From a virus (lineage: Duplodnaviria > Heunggongvirae > Uroviricota > Caudoviricetes): a stretch of DNA of 51,086 bases. The stretch is from positions 74,722 through 125,807 of the IMG/VR virus record IMGVR_UViG_3300044451_000174; one strand, written 5' to 3'. Positions 26,607 through 35,964 of the stretch are shown here, piece after piece; the first letter of the stretch is position 1, and each line of letters begins with the position of its first letter. The notes beneath the pieces were generated by a model. The model was not told where the DNA came from. It saw only the letters and a list, made by a program, of their open reading frames with translations, and made no database searches. The translations under genes were made by a program, and so were the position numbers.

Positions 26607-27686
26607 ATGGGCAAACACAACATCCTCGTAATTGACGACCGAGTCCCCGATCCGCACTTCGGGGCCGGCTTTCCGCGTGCCTACAGACTCCTGATGAGCC
26701 TGTACAAGCTCGGCCACAAAATCTGGTTCTATCCCAACATCAAGTCCAGCATCAAGGAGTTGAACGTTGAGAAGCTCAGAGAGTTCAACATCGAAGTCGT
26801 TTCCGACATCGAAACGGTGCCGGAAACGATAGACCTGATCATCGTCTCCCGTCCCCACAATGCCCACTATTACCTCCCGCCGGCGCAGAAGCGACTGCCG
26901 CACGCCAAAACCATCTATGATACAGAAGCCCTGTGGTACAGACGGTACGACTTGCAACTGGCGTTCACGGGTCGTCTGCCGGGGTGGGCGTACCGTTACG
27001 ACGAAATCGGCATGGCCCAAAAAGTTGACCTGTGTTGGGTGGTCAACGACGAAGAGAAACAGATCCTCGAATCACACCAAGTCAAGAAGGTAGTCAAGCT
27101 CGCCCACGCTCTGGACCGCCACTGGGCCGGCGAGGACTTCAACTACCGCAAAGATTACTTGGTGGTCGGCGGGATCTTGGAGAACGATTCGTCCAACGAG
27201 GATGCCCTGTGGAACTACCTGAGCAACGCATGGGAACTCGTCCGAGAACCCGGCATCAAAATGAACGTCACCGGCCAAGCGAGCGCGGACAGGCTGAACA
27301 ATGAAGATTTCAAGAAACGGTTCTTCGATGTGAACCTGATGGGACACGTTCCGAACCTGACCCCGCTCTACGAATCACACCGCGTGTTCGTCGCGGCGAC
27401 ACGATTCGCAACCGGCATCCCGTGGAAGGTACACGAGGCGATGGCAAACGGCATCCCGTGCGTGATCTCTCGACTGTTGGCGGATCAACTGAAGCTGGTG
27501 CCGGATCGGGACGCGATGGTTTGCGACAACCGGGACGATTACTTCGAGAAGAGTCGCGAGCTTTACCACAACCGCAAGATCTGGCAGGACACGAGGCATC
27601 ACGGGTACGAACTGATCAAGCGGGACTGCGACCCGCACAAGTTCATGAACGTGATTCAGGAATCAATTGATTCACTTTACGCCTGA
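26607..27686 (+). CDS. GT-B glycosyltransferase (GT4 / Glyco_trans_1_4-like)
   Basis: VPDPHFGAGFPR, IYDTEALWY.R, VFVAATRFATGIPWKVHEAMANGIPCV; TAGATA box 5 nt upstream. Confidence 0.85.
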   Translation: MGKHNILVIDDRVPDPHFGAGFPRAYRLLMSLYKLGHKIWFYPNIKSSIKELNVEKLREFNIEVVSDIETVPETIDLIIVSRPHNAHYYLPPAQKRLPHAKTIYDTEALWYRRYDLQLAFTGRLPGWAYRYDEIGMAQKVDLCWVVNDEEKQILESHQVKKVVKLAHALDRHWAGEDFNYRKDYLVVGGILENDSSNEDALWNYLSNAWELVREPGIKMNVTGQASADRLNNEDFKKRFFDVNLMGHVPNLTPLYESHRVFVAATRFATGIPWKVHEAMANGIPCVISRLLADQLKLVPDRDAMVCDNRDDYFEKSRELYHNRKIWQDTRHHGYELIKRDCDPHKFMNVIQESIDSLYA

Positions 27687-28668
27687 CGACTTCTAGCAAC
27701 TCGCGGTTGTTAGAAACGAACGAAGCGAAGCCGGCGGATTGCGTGCCGGCTTCGCTTTCTATTTGGTCGAACGCGGAATCAAAATCAACATCAATGTATT
27801 CGCCGCCATCGGAGAAACATTCGGTCAAAACTCCGTGACCGGCCGCTTCGACAAGCTTCCTGACCTTTCGAGTGAACCCGACGCTCATGATCGGCGTGTT
27901 GGCCGACATCGCGAAAACGTGCGAATGGAAACGCTGACAGACGGCGGCGTCCGAATCCGCGAGCAAGTCCACGACCTCTTGTGGTGAGAGCAAGTCGTTC
28001 ACGCAGACCAAATCGTTGTTGACGTAAGACCTCAAGGACAAATGAACACGTCGGTCGTCGGCGTGGGCATCCCCCGAACACGGCACGCAAACCACTTGAT
28101 AGCCGCGTTTCTGGAGGCTGGTGCAAAAGCGACCAAAGCTTTCCAAGAACTTCTGGCTCCGACGCCAGAACGTATCGTCTGACCGCACTCTGGATGGCAT
28201 CATGTAATCCGTCAAGAAGACCGCCACCACCGGCTTGTCTTTTGGTGCGTAACGAGACAGAACGTCTTCCCCACTGGGTTTGATAGCGAAAGCCAAATCA
28301 GGTGTGTACTCGACAACGCAGTTTGTTTTGTTGCGAACCAGATCGACATCTCTTTGGTTCCGTAAGAACCAAGCAGAGAATCCGGCTTGGGCGGCGAGAT
28401 CGCTTTCCGACTCGTAGCCCAAGCCGACGCCGAGGGCAATCTTGACGGGCGAGGCCGAGGCCGTGATGGTGGGTAGGTAGTAGGGGGTGACGACATCGCC
28501 GCCGCCTAGAACGATCACGTCCGGTGTGGGCGGCGGCGATTTGCGGTAAAGATCAATGTTGAAGAACCGCACTTCGTGTGCCTTGAAGAAGTTTGCGATG
28601 GCGGGACGAAAGGCTTCGTCCCCCACGTTCTTCATGTCGTAATACCCGACGACGTGTATCTGCATCAC
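27643..28668 (-). CDS. Polysaccharide pyruvyl transferase family protein
   Basis: GYYDMKNVGDEA, IVLGGGD, GVGLG, LRNQRD, TPDLAF, QRFHSHVFA. Confidence 0.85.
   Translation of the reverse strand: MMQIHVVGYYDMKNVGDEAFRPAIANFFKAHEVRFFNIDLYRKSPPPTPDVIVLGGGDVVTPYYLPTITASASPVKIALGVGLGYESESDLAAQAGFSAWFLRNQRDVDLVRNKTNCVVEYTPDLAFAIKPSGEDVLSRYAPKDKPVVAVFLTDYMMPSRVRSDDTFWRRSQKFLESFGRFCTSLQKRGYQVVCVPCSGDAHADDRRVHLSLRSYVNNDLVCVNDLLSPQEVVDLLADSDAAVCQRFHSHVFAMSANTPIMSVGFTRKVRKLVEAAGHGVLTECFSDGGEYIDVDFDSAFDQIESEAGTQSAGFASFVSNNRELLEVVRRKVNQLIPESRS
27723..27760 (+). terminator. 13-bp hairpin, probable terminator for the portal/GT transcript, embedded in the convergent CDS
   Basis: AAGCGAAGCCGGC-GGATTGCGT-GCCGGCTTCGCTT followed by TCTATTT. 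Confidence 0.55.
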
Positions 28669-29375
28669 TTGGCGTAGAAGTTAGGTGTTGCGGGTGTCTC
28701 TTCTCGTTCCGCCGCGTTCTGGGCGAAGTTGTTGTCGAAGTCGAAATCCTGAGTGCTAGTTTCGACCGGACCCTGAGTCACGCCCATTACAACCCCGGCG
28801 GCGTTCTTGGTGATCACGAGCGACGATGTCTTCTTGATCACTTCGATACCGGAATTGTAGCCATATCCGTTCGGCTTGTAGCGGAAGTCTACGTCGATGG
28901 TGTACGGCATGACGACGGTTTGCGCCGGGTCGATGACCGCGTTGTTGTTGATCTGGGACTGGACGGCGTTGGCGAACCAGCCCGTGTCGATGTTGAGCTT
29001 GTCTTGGTCAACAACAAACCCGGTGCCGGCGATGCCGACCAAGTCGAGTGCGAAATCGCCGTCCTCGGTAACGGTGAGGCCGACGCCGGTGACTTCGCCG
29101 AAGTCCACGTTCAATTTGCAGTGCCGGACGCTCAAGCCTTTGCCGGCGATTCTGGACGAGACCTCACACGGGTTGATGCACAACGCATCTTCTTTGAAGC
29201 CAAGACCGCCGCCGTCGAGCAGCTTGAGAATGAGTCTGCCCCATTCGCTAAATCCGAATCCGGCACCGGCGTCTATGGATAGCTCGCCGTTGCGTCCGCT
29301 CAGGCCGTCTCCAGCGAAGGCGAAGATCGCTTCGGGAGGGAGTATAAGTCTGGTCACTATTCGTCTTGATTCCAT
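28665..29375 (-). CDS. Fiber/shaft-like structural protein
   Basis: Repeated xGxG(L/F) turns: AGDGL, AGAGF, DGGGL, AGKGL, TGVGL, AGTGF; GTGA overlap with the next gene. Confidence 0.55.
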   Translation of the reverse strand: MESRRIVTRLILPPEAIFAFAGDGLSGRNGELSIDAGAGFGFSEWGRLILKLLDGGGLGFKEDALCINPCEVSSRIAGKGLSVRHCKLNVDFGEVTGVGLTVTEDGDFALDLVGIAGTGFVVDQDKLNIDTGWFANAVQSQINNNAVIDPAQTVVMPYTIDVDFRYKPNGYGYNSGIEVIKKTSSLVITKNAAGVVMGVTQGPVETSTQDFDFDNNFAQNAAEREETPATPNFYAK

Positions 29376-29431
29376 TGCATCCTCGTTCACGGTTCAAAGG
29401 CCCAATAATGTAGTTGGGTGATCCGTCACTT

Positions 29432-29800
29432 TCAGTTATCCCCACCTTCGGAATCGCCGCCCATAGAATCGGCCGCGTTCGGAACGACCTCGTCGCGCCC
29501 GTTCATGTCACCCAGACCCTGTTCGGTTCCAAGTGAAGACCCCTTCAGGTTTTTCTTCAAGTCTTCGAGTGCCGACTTGATCTCCGAGTCCTGCTGACCG
29601 ATCCGGTCCAGCAGGCCGATCATAATTTTCGGATGTTTGTGACAGGCGACCTTCGCGATCTGAACCAGTTTCTGTCTGGTGGCTTCGCGGTCGCTCTTGT
29701 CGTTGTCGTTGTCAGTAACCGTTTCAGCGTGTTCGCGGCGACGAACGTATTCCTTGAATGTTCTCACAGGTTCCTTGTTTTTGGCGGCGACTGCATACAT
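29432..29800 (-). CDS. Hypothetical protein (122 aa), possible internal head protein
   Basis: TAGATA box 5 nt upstream; RTFKEYVRRRE. Confidence 0.65.
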   Translation of the reverse strand: MYAVAAKNKEPVRTFKEYVRRREHAETVTDNDNDKSDREATRQKLVQIAKVACHKHPKIMIGLLDRIGQQDSEIKSALEDLKKNLKGSSLGTEQGLGDMNGRDEVVPNAADSMGGDSEGGDN

Positions 29801-29871
29801 ATCGGTATCTAGGACTCGTAATAGCAGATTGATCTAGGCTATTTGCCAAGAGCAAATTCTTAAACGCACTC

Positions 29872-29877
29872 TATATA
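29872..29877 (+). promoter_or_regulatory. TATATA box upstream of the head-assembly operon
   Basis: Lies in the 166-nt divergent intergenic region; a leader of about 89 nt precedes ATG 29967. Confidence 0.5.
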
Positions 29878-29966
29878 CGAGAACGAGTCACACTTGGAAT
29901 TGTGGCAGAGAATACTTCGTGCCGAACAGGTAGGCACAACAAACCCAAGCACCGGAGTAACGAGGT

Positions 29967-31817
29967 ATGAAGAGAAAACTGATCAAGTACGACGCATTCC
30001 GCCACATCGAAAACGATTCGCTGTCGGCGGCTGAGGTCGAACTCGCAGAGGCACAGGAAGTATTGTCAACTGCTCTGGGTGTTGACGGTCTTAACCTACA
30101 CTGCTTCGGTGAAACCGATGTAACATACGAAACCCCAGACGGCGAGTTCGTCCACGCCAGCTATTCATTGAGCAAAGACAACTTGGTGTTCGAGAACATC
30201 GAGCAATTGGTGATCGATGACGAGAGCGAGAGGGGCGAAGCCCGCAAGATCCTGACCGACTTGGTCGAGAGCTTGTTCGAGGAAAACGAAGGCAAGGCCG
30301 CTGGTCTGTTCGACCGCTACATGGCTCTGCCTCACACCCGCAAGAACTTGAAGGAAGCGACGATGAGCGAGGGCAAGTTCGCCTTCGGCAAGTCGAACCC
30401 GTCCGGCAAGAAGGCGTGGAACAAGGGCAAGAAGGAAGATCCGGCGACGACCAAGAAGCGGATCAAGTCCGGCCTGTTCACCAAGAGCCACATGAGCGAC
30501 TCCGAGAAGAAGTCCCACAAGAAGGCTTCCGAAGCATTCAAGAAGGGTACTGGTGGCAACCCACGCGCACGTCTCTACGCCCGCAAGGTGAAAAAGAGCA
30601 AGGTCAACGAGTGGAATACGCTCTCCGAGAACGTGTTGCAGTACGTCAAGTTCCAGCAGTTGGGCGGGGTGCTTCGTGAAACGAAGTTGCGTCACGACGA
30701 GAAGGGCAACGTGGTTGCCGTCGCAGTGCCGACCGCACAGGTTCGGAACGAGGGCAAACTGTTGAGCTTCAACTGGAAGGTTCTCGACCACGAGATCAAG
30801 TACAGCCGCAACGGTGCCAAGAACATTCAGAACGAGGCGGCATTCGCCCGTGCGATTTCGGACCTGAAGCGTTACAACGCGATCTCCGACAACGCCGGTC
30901 TTGAGACGACTTTGGAAAACATTGTCGCAGCTTGGCCGCAGCTTCTGTACCTGACCCACCAAGAGTTGAGCGAGCGTATCGCACAGGCGTTGGATACGGC
31001 CGGCGTTCAGAAGTACGACGACCAGATGTGTGACTTCATGGCAGAGGGCATCCTCCGCATGGCTCACCACGCCTACACCGACCGCGCCGACAAGATCGTG
31101 AAGATCAGCCGGATGAAGGGCGAGGGCGACGACGCCTACTCCGCGTTCCGCAGTGTGGCCGACAAGTTCCTCCCGCAAGTGGACGAAGCCGAGAACGCCC
31201 AGTACCGCGTGTTCGCGGATCTCTACAAGGCGTTGAACGAGTTCTACGAAGTCGTTCAGAAAGAAGGCGACGAGGCCACGAAGCAGGAAGTGTTCGCCTA
31301 CATGAAGGACTGCGAGAGCGTCCTGAACCGTCAGGACGAGCCGGACTTGGATCTGGCCGAGAACATCGCGACGTTCCTCCAGTCGCTGGTCGAGACGAAC
31401 ATCGACGGCGAAGAGTGGAACGTCTCCAACAGCACACACATCAGCATCAACGGCGACCACCCGCGCATGGCTCAACTTGCCAGTTGGGGATACACGCCGT
31501 CGAAGGACTTCTCCGGTGACTGGGGTTCGGAGATGCCGGTTTCGGACGGTAAGAACCCGCGCAACGCGGCCGAAGTCGAGAAGATGAAAAACTCTTGGGC
31601 CAACATCGGTGGTAGCGATACCGCACCGGAGTTGAAGAACCCATACGTCCCGCAACCGTTCGGTGATTACAAGATCAAGGGCGAGAAGTTTGTGGGCGAC
31701 GATGACGCGACCGGCGAATGGGGTAGCAAGGACACATGGCCGGGCCTTCAGAACCCGTATGTACCGGACTCGGTTCGTCCTCCGATGAAGAGTGACAACC
31801 TCGTTCAAGACAAGTGA
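29967..31817 (+). CDS. Putative prohead core/head-assembly protein (616 aa)
   Basis: First gene of the operon leading to protease, scaffold and MCP; acidic with a Lys-rich insert; function assigned from position only. Confidence 0.6.
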   Translation: MKRKLIKYDAFRHIENDSLSAAEVELAEAQEVLSTALGVDGLNLHCFGETDVTYETPDGEFVHASYSLSKDNLVFENIEQLVIDDESERGEARKILTDLVESLFEENEGKAAGLFDRYMALPHTRKNLKEATMSEGKFAFGKSNPSGKKAWNKGKKEDPATTKKRIKSGLFTKSHMSDSEKKSHKKASEAFKKGTGGNPRARLYARKVKKSKVNEWNTLSENVLQYVKFQQLGGVLRETKLRHDEKGNVVAVAVPTAQVRNEGKLLSFNWKVLDHEIKYSRNGAKNIQNEAAFARAISDLKRYNAISDNAGLETTLENIVAAWPQLLYLTHQELSERIAQALDTAGVQKYDDQMCDFMAEGILRMAHHAYTDRADKIVKISRMKGEGDDAYSAFRSVADKFLPQVDEAENAQYRVFADLYKALNEFYEVVQKEGDEATKQEVFAYMKDCESVLNRQDEPDLDLAENIATFLQSLVETNIDGEEWNVSNSTHISINGDHPRMAQLASWGYTPSKDFSGDWGSEMPVSDGKNPRNAAEVEKMKNSWANIGGSDTAPELKNPYVPQPFGDYKIKGEKFVGDDDATGEWGSKDTWPGLQNPYVPDSVRPPMKSDNLVQDK

Positions 31818-31834
31818 CCCACTACAGGAGACTA

Positions 31835-32512
31835 ATGGAAGATCGCTTGCTGATCGACTGCTGCACCAACGGCCATCTCTTCACTCTTAACTTGAACGAG
31901 TCAACCACCCGCACGGGTGGGCTGACTCGCTTCAAGGGTAAGTTTCAGGAAGCCGACGCGGTCAACAAAAACAAAAGGTCGTATCCGTTCAGGGTGCTGG
32001 ACGAGAACGTGAAGAAACTCGTTGAGTGTGTGAAGGCTCGCGGTCTTATTGGTGAGTTGGATCACCCGACCGACAGCATCATTCACTTCGAGAAGGCGTC
32101 CCACGTCATCACGAAGTTGTGGTGGGAAGGTAAAGTCCTCATGGGCGAGGGCGAGATCCTCAACACGCCCCACGGCAACATCCTCAGAAGCCTTATCAGT
32201 GACGGTGTTCGCATCGGCATTAGTAGTCGTGGTGTTGGCAACGGCACGGTAGACGAGAACGGCATCCTCGTTATTGGGGAGTCCTATAAGCTCATCACCT
32301 TCGACGCCGTCGCCGATCCGTCAACTTTTGCAGCCTTCCAAGAGAAGGTCGTCGGCAAAAGTGAGGCTTTTGAATATCAACCCGTGGAAACTGTTACGAA
32401 AAAGACAAGCAGCGGCATACATAACTCTACGATCAACAAAGACGCGCTGATCGCCTGCTTGGGCGGATTCGTCAGGCACCAGACTTCCAAGATTAGAGCG
32501 AGGTTAAACTAA
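31835..32512 (+). CDS. gp21: Prohead protease (T4 gp21-like)
   Basis: NKNKRSYP, GELDHP, ASH, GISSRGVG, ITFDAVADPS; CAGGAG RBS. Confidence 0.95.
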   Translation: MEDRLLIDCCTNGHLFTLNLNESTTRTGGLTRFKGKFQEADAVNKNKRSYPFRVLDENVKKLVECVKARGLIGELDHPTDSIIHFEKASHVITKLWWEGKVLMGEGEILNTPHGNILRSLISDGVRIGISSRGVGNGTVDENGILVIGESYKLITFDAVADPSTFAAFQEKVVGKSEAFEYQPVETVTKKTSSGIHNSTINKDALIACLGGFVRHQTSKIRARLN

Positions 32513-33429
32513 TGGACAGAATTCTTGAAGCACTTCGGAAGCTGCTCCCAGAGGATCAACTCAACGAAGTAGCAGGCGCGATCAAGGCCGAACTCGGAGC
32601 GGCTCGTAAGCAACTTGAGTCCGAATACAACTCGAATTTGGAGAAGGCATACGAAGACCTTTCCGAAGAGTTGCAGACGGCTGAGAAGACGGCGTATGCC
32701 GGCTATCAGGAAGCATACGGCATCATCAACGAGCTTCGCAACCGTCTCGAAACGCAACGCGACGAGTTCAAGACGGCTCTGGACGAGGGCTTCGAGGAAG
32801 CCTACCAGATGTTGCTCGGCGAGCGTGAGAAGAACCGCAATCTCGAAATCGAGATGTACGAGGAATACGACAAGAAGCTCGCGGACGTGAAGGACTACAT
32901 GGTCGAGAAGCTCGATCAGTTCCTCCAGTTCAAGGGCGCGGAGATCTACGAACAAGCCAAGCGTGACGTGTTGAAAGACCCGCGTATGGCAGAACACAAG
33001 GTTGCTCTGGACAAGATCGTTGAGATCGCCAGCAACTACATGTCGGACGAAGAGTACACATTCGCTACTTCCGCCAAGCTGGAAGAAACGCAGAAGTCTC
33101 TTGAGGAAGCACGCGGTCAGCTTCGCATCATGGAAGCCCGCAACATCCGCCTCAGCACCGACAACACGAAACTGACGGAGCAAAACCGCCAAGCAGCTTC
33201 GGCACTGACCGAGAGCCGCAAGGTTGTTACCGAAAGTCGCCGCCGTGAGACGGCAAAGAATGAGAGAACTGAAAGAGTTGAACGTTCACGCAATGCGTCG
33301 GGGAGAGGCCAAACCCATACGGAAGAGGGCGTTGTGATCGCAGAATATGCGAACAACAGTAACTCTTCTGAAATCAACGAACTTCTTGTTCTGAGTGGTG
33401 TAACTCAGGGCGCGAAGAACGGCAAGTAA
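32512..33429 (+). CDS. Prohead scaffold/core protein (gp22-like)
   Basis: TAATG coupling to the protease; long acidic coiled coil; sits between protease and MCP. Confidence 0.8.
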   Translation: MDRILEALRKLLPEDQLNEVAGAIKAELGAARKQLESEYNSNLEKAYEDLSEELQTAEKTAYAGYQEAYGIINELRNRLETQRDEFKTALDEGFEEAYQMLLGEREKNRNLEIEMYEEYDKKLADVKDYMVEKLDQFLQFKGAEIYEQAKRDVLKDPRMAEHKVALDKIVEIASNYMSDEEYTFATSAKLEETQKSLEEARGQLRIMEARNIRLSTDNTKLTEQNRQAASALTESRKVVTESRRRETAKNERTERVERSRNASGRGQTHTEEGVVIAEYANNSNSSEINELLVLSGVTQGAKNGK

Positions 33430-33462
33430 CTTACCAACAACCCACCTGTTAACAGGAGTTAG

Positions 33463-34935
33463 ATGAACGCAAACGCAAAGTTCCTGAACGAAGCGCGGGA
33501 GTTGGAATCTCGTTGGGGTCGCACTGGACTTCTCAATGGCATCGAGGACAGGTACGTCCGCTCTGCCACGGCAGTATTGCTTGAGAACCAAAGACTCATG
33601 AACGAGGTTTCGACCGACACCTCAGACATCGCTCAGTTCAAGAGAATCTCGATTCCGCTGGTACGCAGAATCTACCCGCAACTGATTGCCAACAAGATCG
33701 TGTCCGTGCAGCCGCTGCTCGGCCCGACTGGTCTGGTGTACTACCTCCGCTTCCGCTACTCGTCCAACAAGGGCGCGATCCGTGGTGCGGACAACAACGG
33801 CGGCTTCCCCGGCGACGACGCCAACTCGCTGATGCAGCGGGCTGACGGTACGGCGAACCTCGACATATTTTTCACTCACCAGTTCGTTCAGAACGAGTCT
33901 ACCTCGACTGACGCCGGTGCGGTGACAACTGCGACCTACGCCCCGCTGGAACACACCCCGGTCCTCGCAGGCACCATGACGGGTACGGTCTACGTCGGCT
34001 CGACCGCCGTTCAGACCTACGTCGTGTCCTCGACTGGCGTGTTCACCTTCACGGCAATCGGCTCGCCGACCGTGTTCGCGAACACCACTGGTGGCACGGC
34101 CACTGGTACTGGCGTGGCTGGTACGACCCTGAACGTCACCACGGGTGAAATGACGGTCGTATTCAACTCCGCTCCTTCGAGCAACCACCTCGTATTGTCA
34201 TACGAGTATAACATGGAGTGCAACCAAGACCTCCCTGAGATCAACTTGGTGATCGAGTCGGAAGAGATCGCGGCGAAGACCCGCAAGCTCAAGGCCGTGT
34301 GGAGCTACGAAGCTCAACAAGACCTCCGCTCGCAGCACAACCTCGACGCGGAAGCGGAACTGACGGCGGTTCTGGCGCAAGAAATCAACCTTGAGATTGA
34401 CCGCGAAGTTCTTACTGACCTTCGTAACAACGCTGGTACAATCGCCGCGTGGGACTTCAACACCGCGCTTGGTGAAACGATCAAGGAAAAGTACGAATCT
34501 CTGTACGTCAAGATCGTTGAGATCTCGGCAGTCATCCACAGGAAAACCCTGCGTGGTGGTGCCAACTGGCTCGTGACCTCGCCAGAAGTGGCGTCGATCT
34601 TCGAGACGGCGACGGCAGGTTTCGCACCGGCACCAAGTGAAACATTCACCTCGTCACTGGGTATCCAGTACGTTGGTACGGTCAACAACCGTTGGCGTTT
34701 GTACAAAGATCCGCTCTTTCCGACGAATCAAATTTTGCTTGGGTACAAGGGAGATTCGTACATGGATTCGGGTTACTTCTACTGTCCATATGTACCCTTG
34801 ACGCAGACCCCGGTCGTGTTGGACCCAGAGAGCTTCTGCCCGCGTAAGGGAATCCTCACACGTTATGGCAAGAAATTGCTCCGCGAAGGCTCAAAGTTCT
34901 ACGGACGTATGAGCATCGCAAACTTCGTGATCTGA
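33463..34935 (+). CDS. gp23: Major capsid protein (T4 gp23-like)
   Basis: LLENQ, IPLVRR.YPQLIA, VQPLLGPTGLVY.LR, IAAKTRKLKA.WS.E..QDL..QH.LDAE.EL, EINLEIDRE, GYFYCPYVPL, RYG. Confidence 0.97.
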   Translation: MNANAKFLNEARELESRWGRTGLLNGIEDRYVRSATAVLLENQRLMNEVSTDTSDIAQFKRISIPLVRRIYPQLIANKIVSVQPLLGPTGLVYYLRFRYSSNKGAIRGADNNGGFPGDDANSLMQRADGTANLDIFFTHQFVQNESTSTDAGAVTTATYAPLEHTPVLAGTMTGTVYVGSTAVQTYVVSSTGVFTFTAIGSPTVFANTTGGTATGTGVAGTTLNVTTGEMTVVFNSAPSSNHLVLSYEYNMECNQDLPEINLVIESEEIAAKTRKLKAVWSYEAQQDLRSQHNLDAEAELTAVLAQEINLEIDREVLTDLRNNAGTIAAWDFNTALGETIKEKYESLYVKIVEISAVIHRKTLRGGANWLVTSPEVASIFETATAGFAPAPSETFTSSLGIQYVGTVNNRWRLYKDPLFPTNQILLGYKGDSYMDSGYFYCPYVPLTQTPVVLDPESFCPRKGILTRYGKKLLREGSKFYGRMSIANFVI

Positions 34936-34968
34936 TCACGGGTTCGGCGAACCAACAGCAACAAAAAG

Positions 34969-34996
34969 AAACCCCGGCCAAAAGCCGGGGTTTTCT
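34969..34996 (+). terminator. Rho-independent terminator after the MCP gene
   Basis: AAACCCCGGC-CAAAA-GCCGGGGTTT-TCT. Confidence 0.9.
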
Positions 34997-35019
34997 GCGT
35001 TTTTGCACTCACCTAGATC

Positions 35020-35304
35020 ATGAATAAGCAAGACCGAATGGGAATTGCCGGCGGCATCTGTACGCTACTTTGGCTGTGGAACTGCCGGCAGATCAAAAAA
35101 ATGGAAAACCCGAAGAGGCGTTGGGAGAAGATTTGTGCGTGGTTCTACCGCGACCCGCACGGATGGGTCGCACTCAACCGCCGCGTCGAACAGATCACTT
35201 GTTCTTCCGCACCCACTCGTCCAGAGCTTCCCAGAACTTGTCCGGCTCCTCATAAGCCATCGCGTGCTTCAAGCGGTTGTACTCTTTCCAGTACCTCTTG
35301 TTGA
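35020..35304 (+). CDS. Possible small protein (uncertain)
   Basis: Fills the gap after the terminator; the 3' 110 nt overlap the convergent J-domain gene. Confidence 0.3.
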   Translation: MNKQDRMGIAGGICTLLWLWNCRQIKKMENPKRRWEKICAWFYRDPHGWVALNRRVEQITCSSAPTRPELPRTCPAPHKPSRASSGCTLSSTSC

Positions 35305-35722
35305 ACTTGCTCTCCTTCGTCTCCATGCCTGCCCATAGATCGACTTCTGGCTCGATCTTCGCAATAGGTGCCGGCCGTGGACGCGGCCGAGGCTTGGGTC
35401 GCGGCGGGGGAACGTTAGGGCCAATAGGATTGCCCCAGATGTCGTGCGTGGGCGGCGGGGCGTCTTTGATCCAACTGTCTGGATTGGGCTTTGGAGGGCT
35501 GTAGGTGGGCGTAGGAGCCGCAGATGGCCGGTGGCGGGGCTGGCGGTAGTTCGGGTCGGTCAACGCATCATACGCATCCTGAACCTCACAGAAACGACGT
35601 GCGGCGTCGGCATCGCCTGGATTGCGATCCGGGTGAAACTCCTTTGCCTTCTTGCGGTATGCAGCCTTGATCTGTTCGGGTGTGGCGTTCGTTGCCACAC
35701 CCAGTACGTCATGATGTCCCAT
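35195..35722 (-). CDS. J-domain (DnaJ-like) protein
   Basis: HDVLGV...ATPEQIKAAYRKKAKEFHPDRNPGD...F.EVQDAYDALTDP with an intact HPD; Pro-rich linker. Confidence 0.92.
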   Translation of the reverse strand: MGHHDVLGVATNATPEQIKAAYRKKAKEFHPDRNPGDADAARRFCEVQDAYDALTDPNYRQPRHRPSAAPTPTYSPPKPNPDSWIKDAPPPTHDIWGNPIGPNVPPPRPKPRPRPRPAPIAKIEPEVDLWAGMETKESKFNKRYWKEYNRLKHAMAYEEPDKFWEALDEWVRKNK

Positions 35723-35778
35723 ACGGTATTTACACTGCCTAAAATGATAACCAGAAGAGTAAATAACTCGGAGGTAAC

Positions 35779-35964
35779 ATGAGCAAGAAATCACACAAAG
35801 AGATCGAAAAAGAAGAGGAACGCACCGGCATCGACCTCGACGGCGACGGCGAGAAGGGCGAGTCCAAAGAACACAAAGATAAGATCGAGAAGGCCCGTCT
35901 CAAGAAATTCAAGGAGTGGCTTGTCGAAACGCACCCCGAAGAAGCGGAAAAAGCACAAGCGTAA
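35779..35964 (+). CDS. Small charged protein with a DxDxDG loop
   Basis: GGAGG RBS, TAAATA box at 35760-35765; GIDLDGDGEKGE. Confidence 0.7.
   Translation: MSKKSHKEIEKEEERTGIDLDGDGEKGESKEHKDKIEKARLKKFKEWLVETHPEEAEKAQA

Noticed and set aside
30165-31808. Long antisense ORFs (also 21528-22706, 24242-25483, 41757-42500, 48866-50071, 50106-51083)
   Set aside because: These are mirror frames of well-supported genes, expected with high GC3, and show no motifs or RBS.
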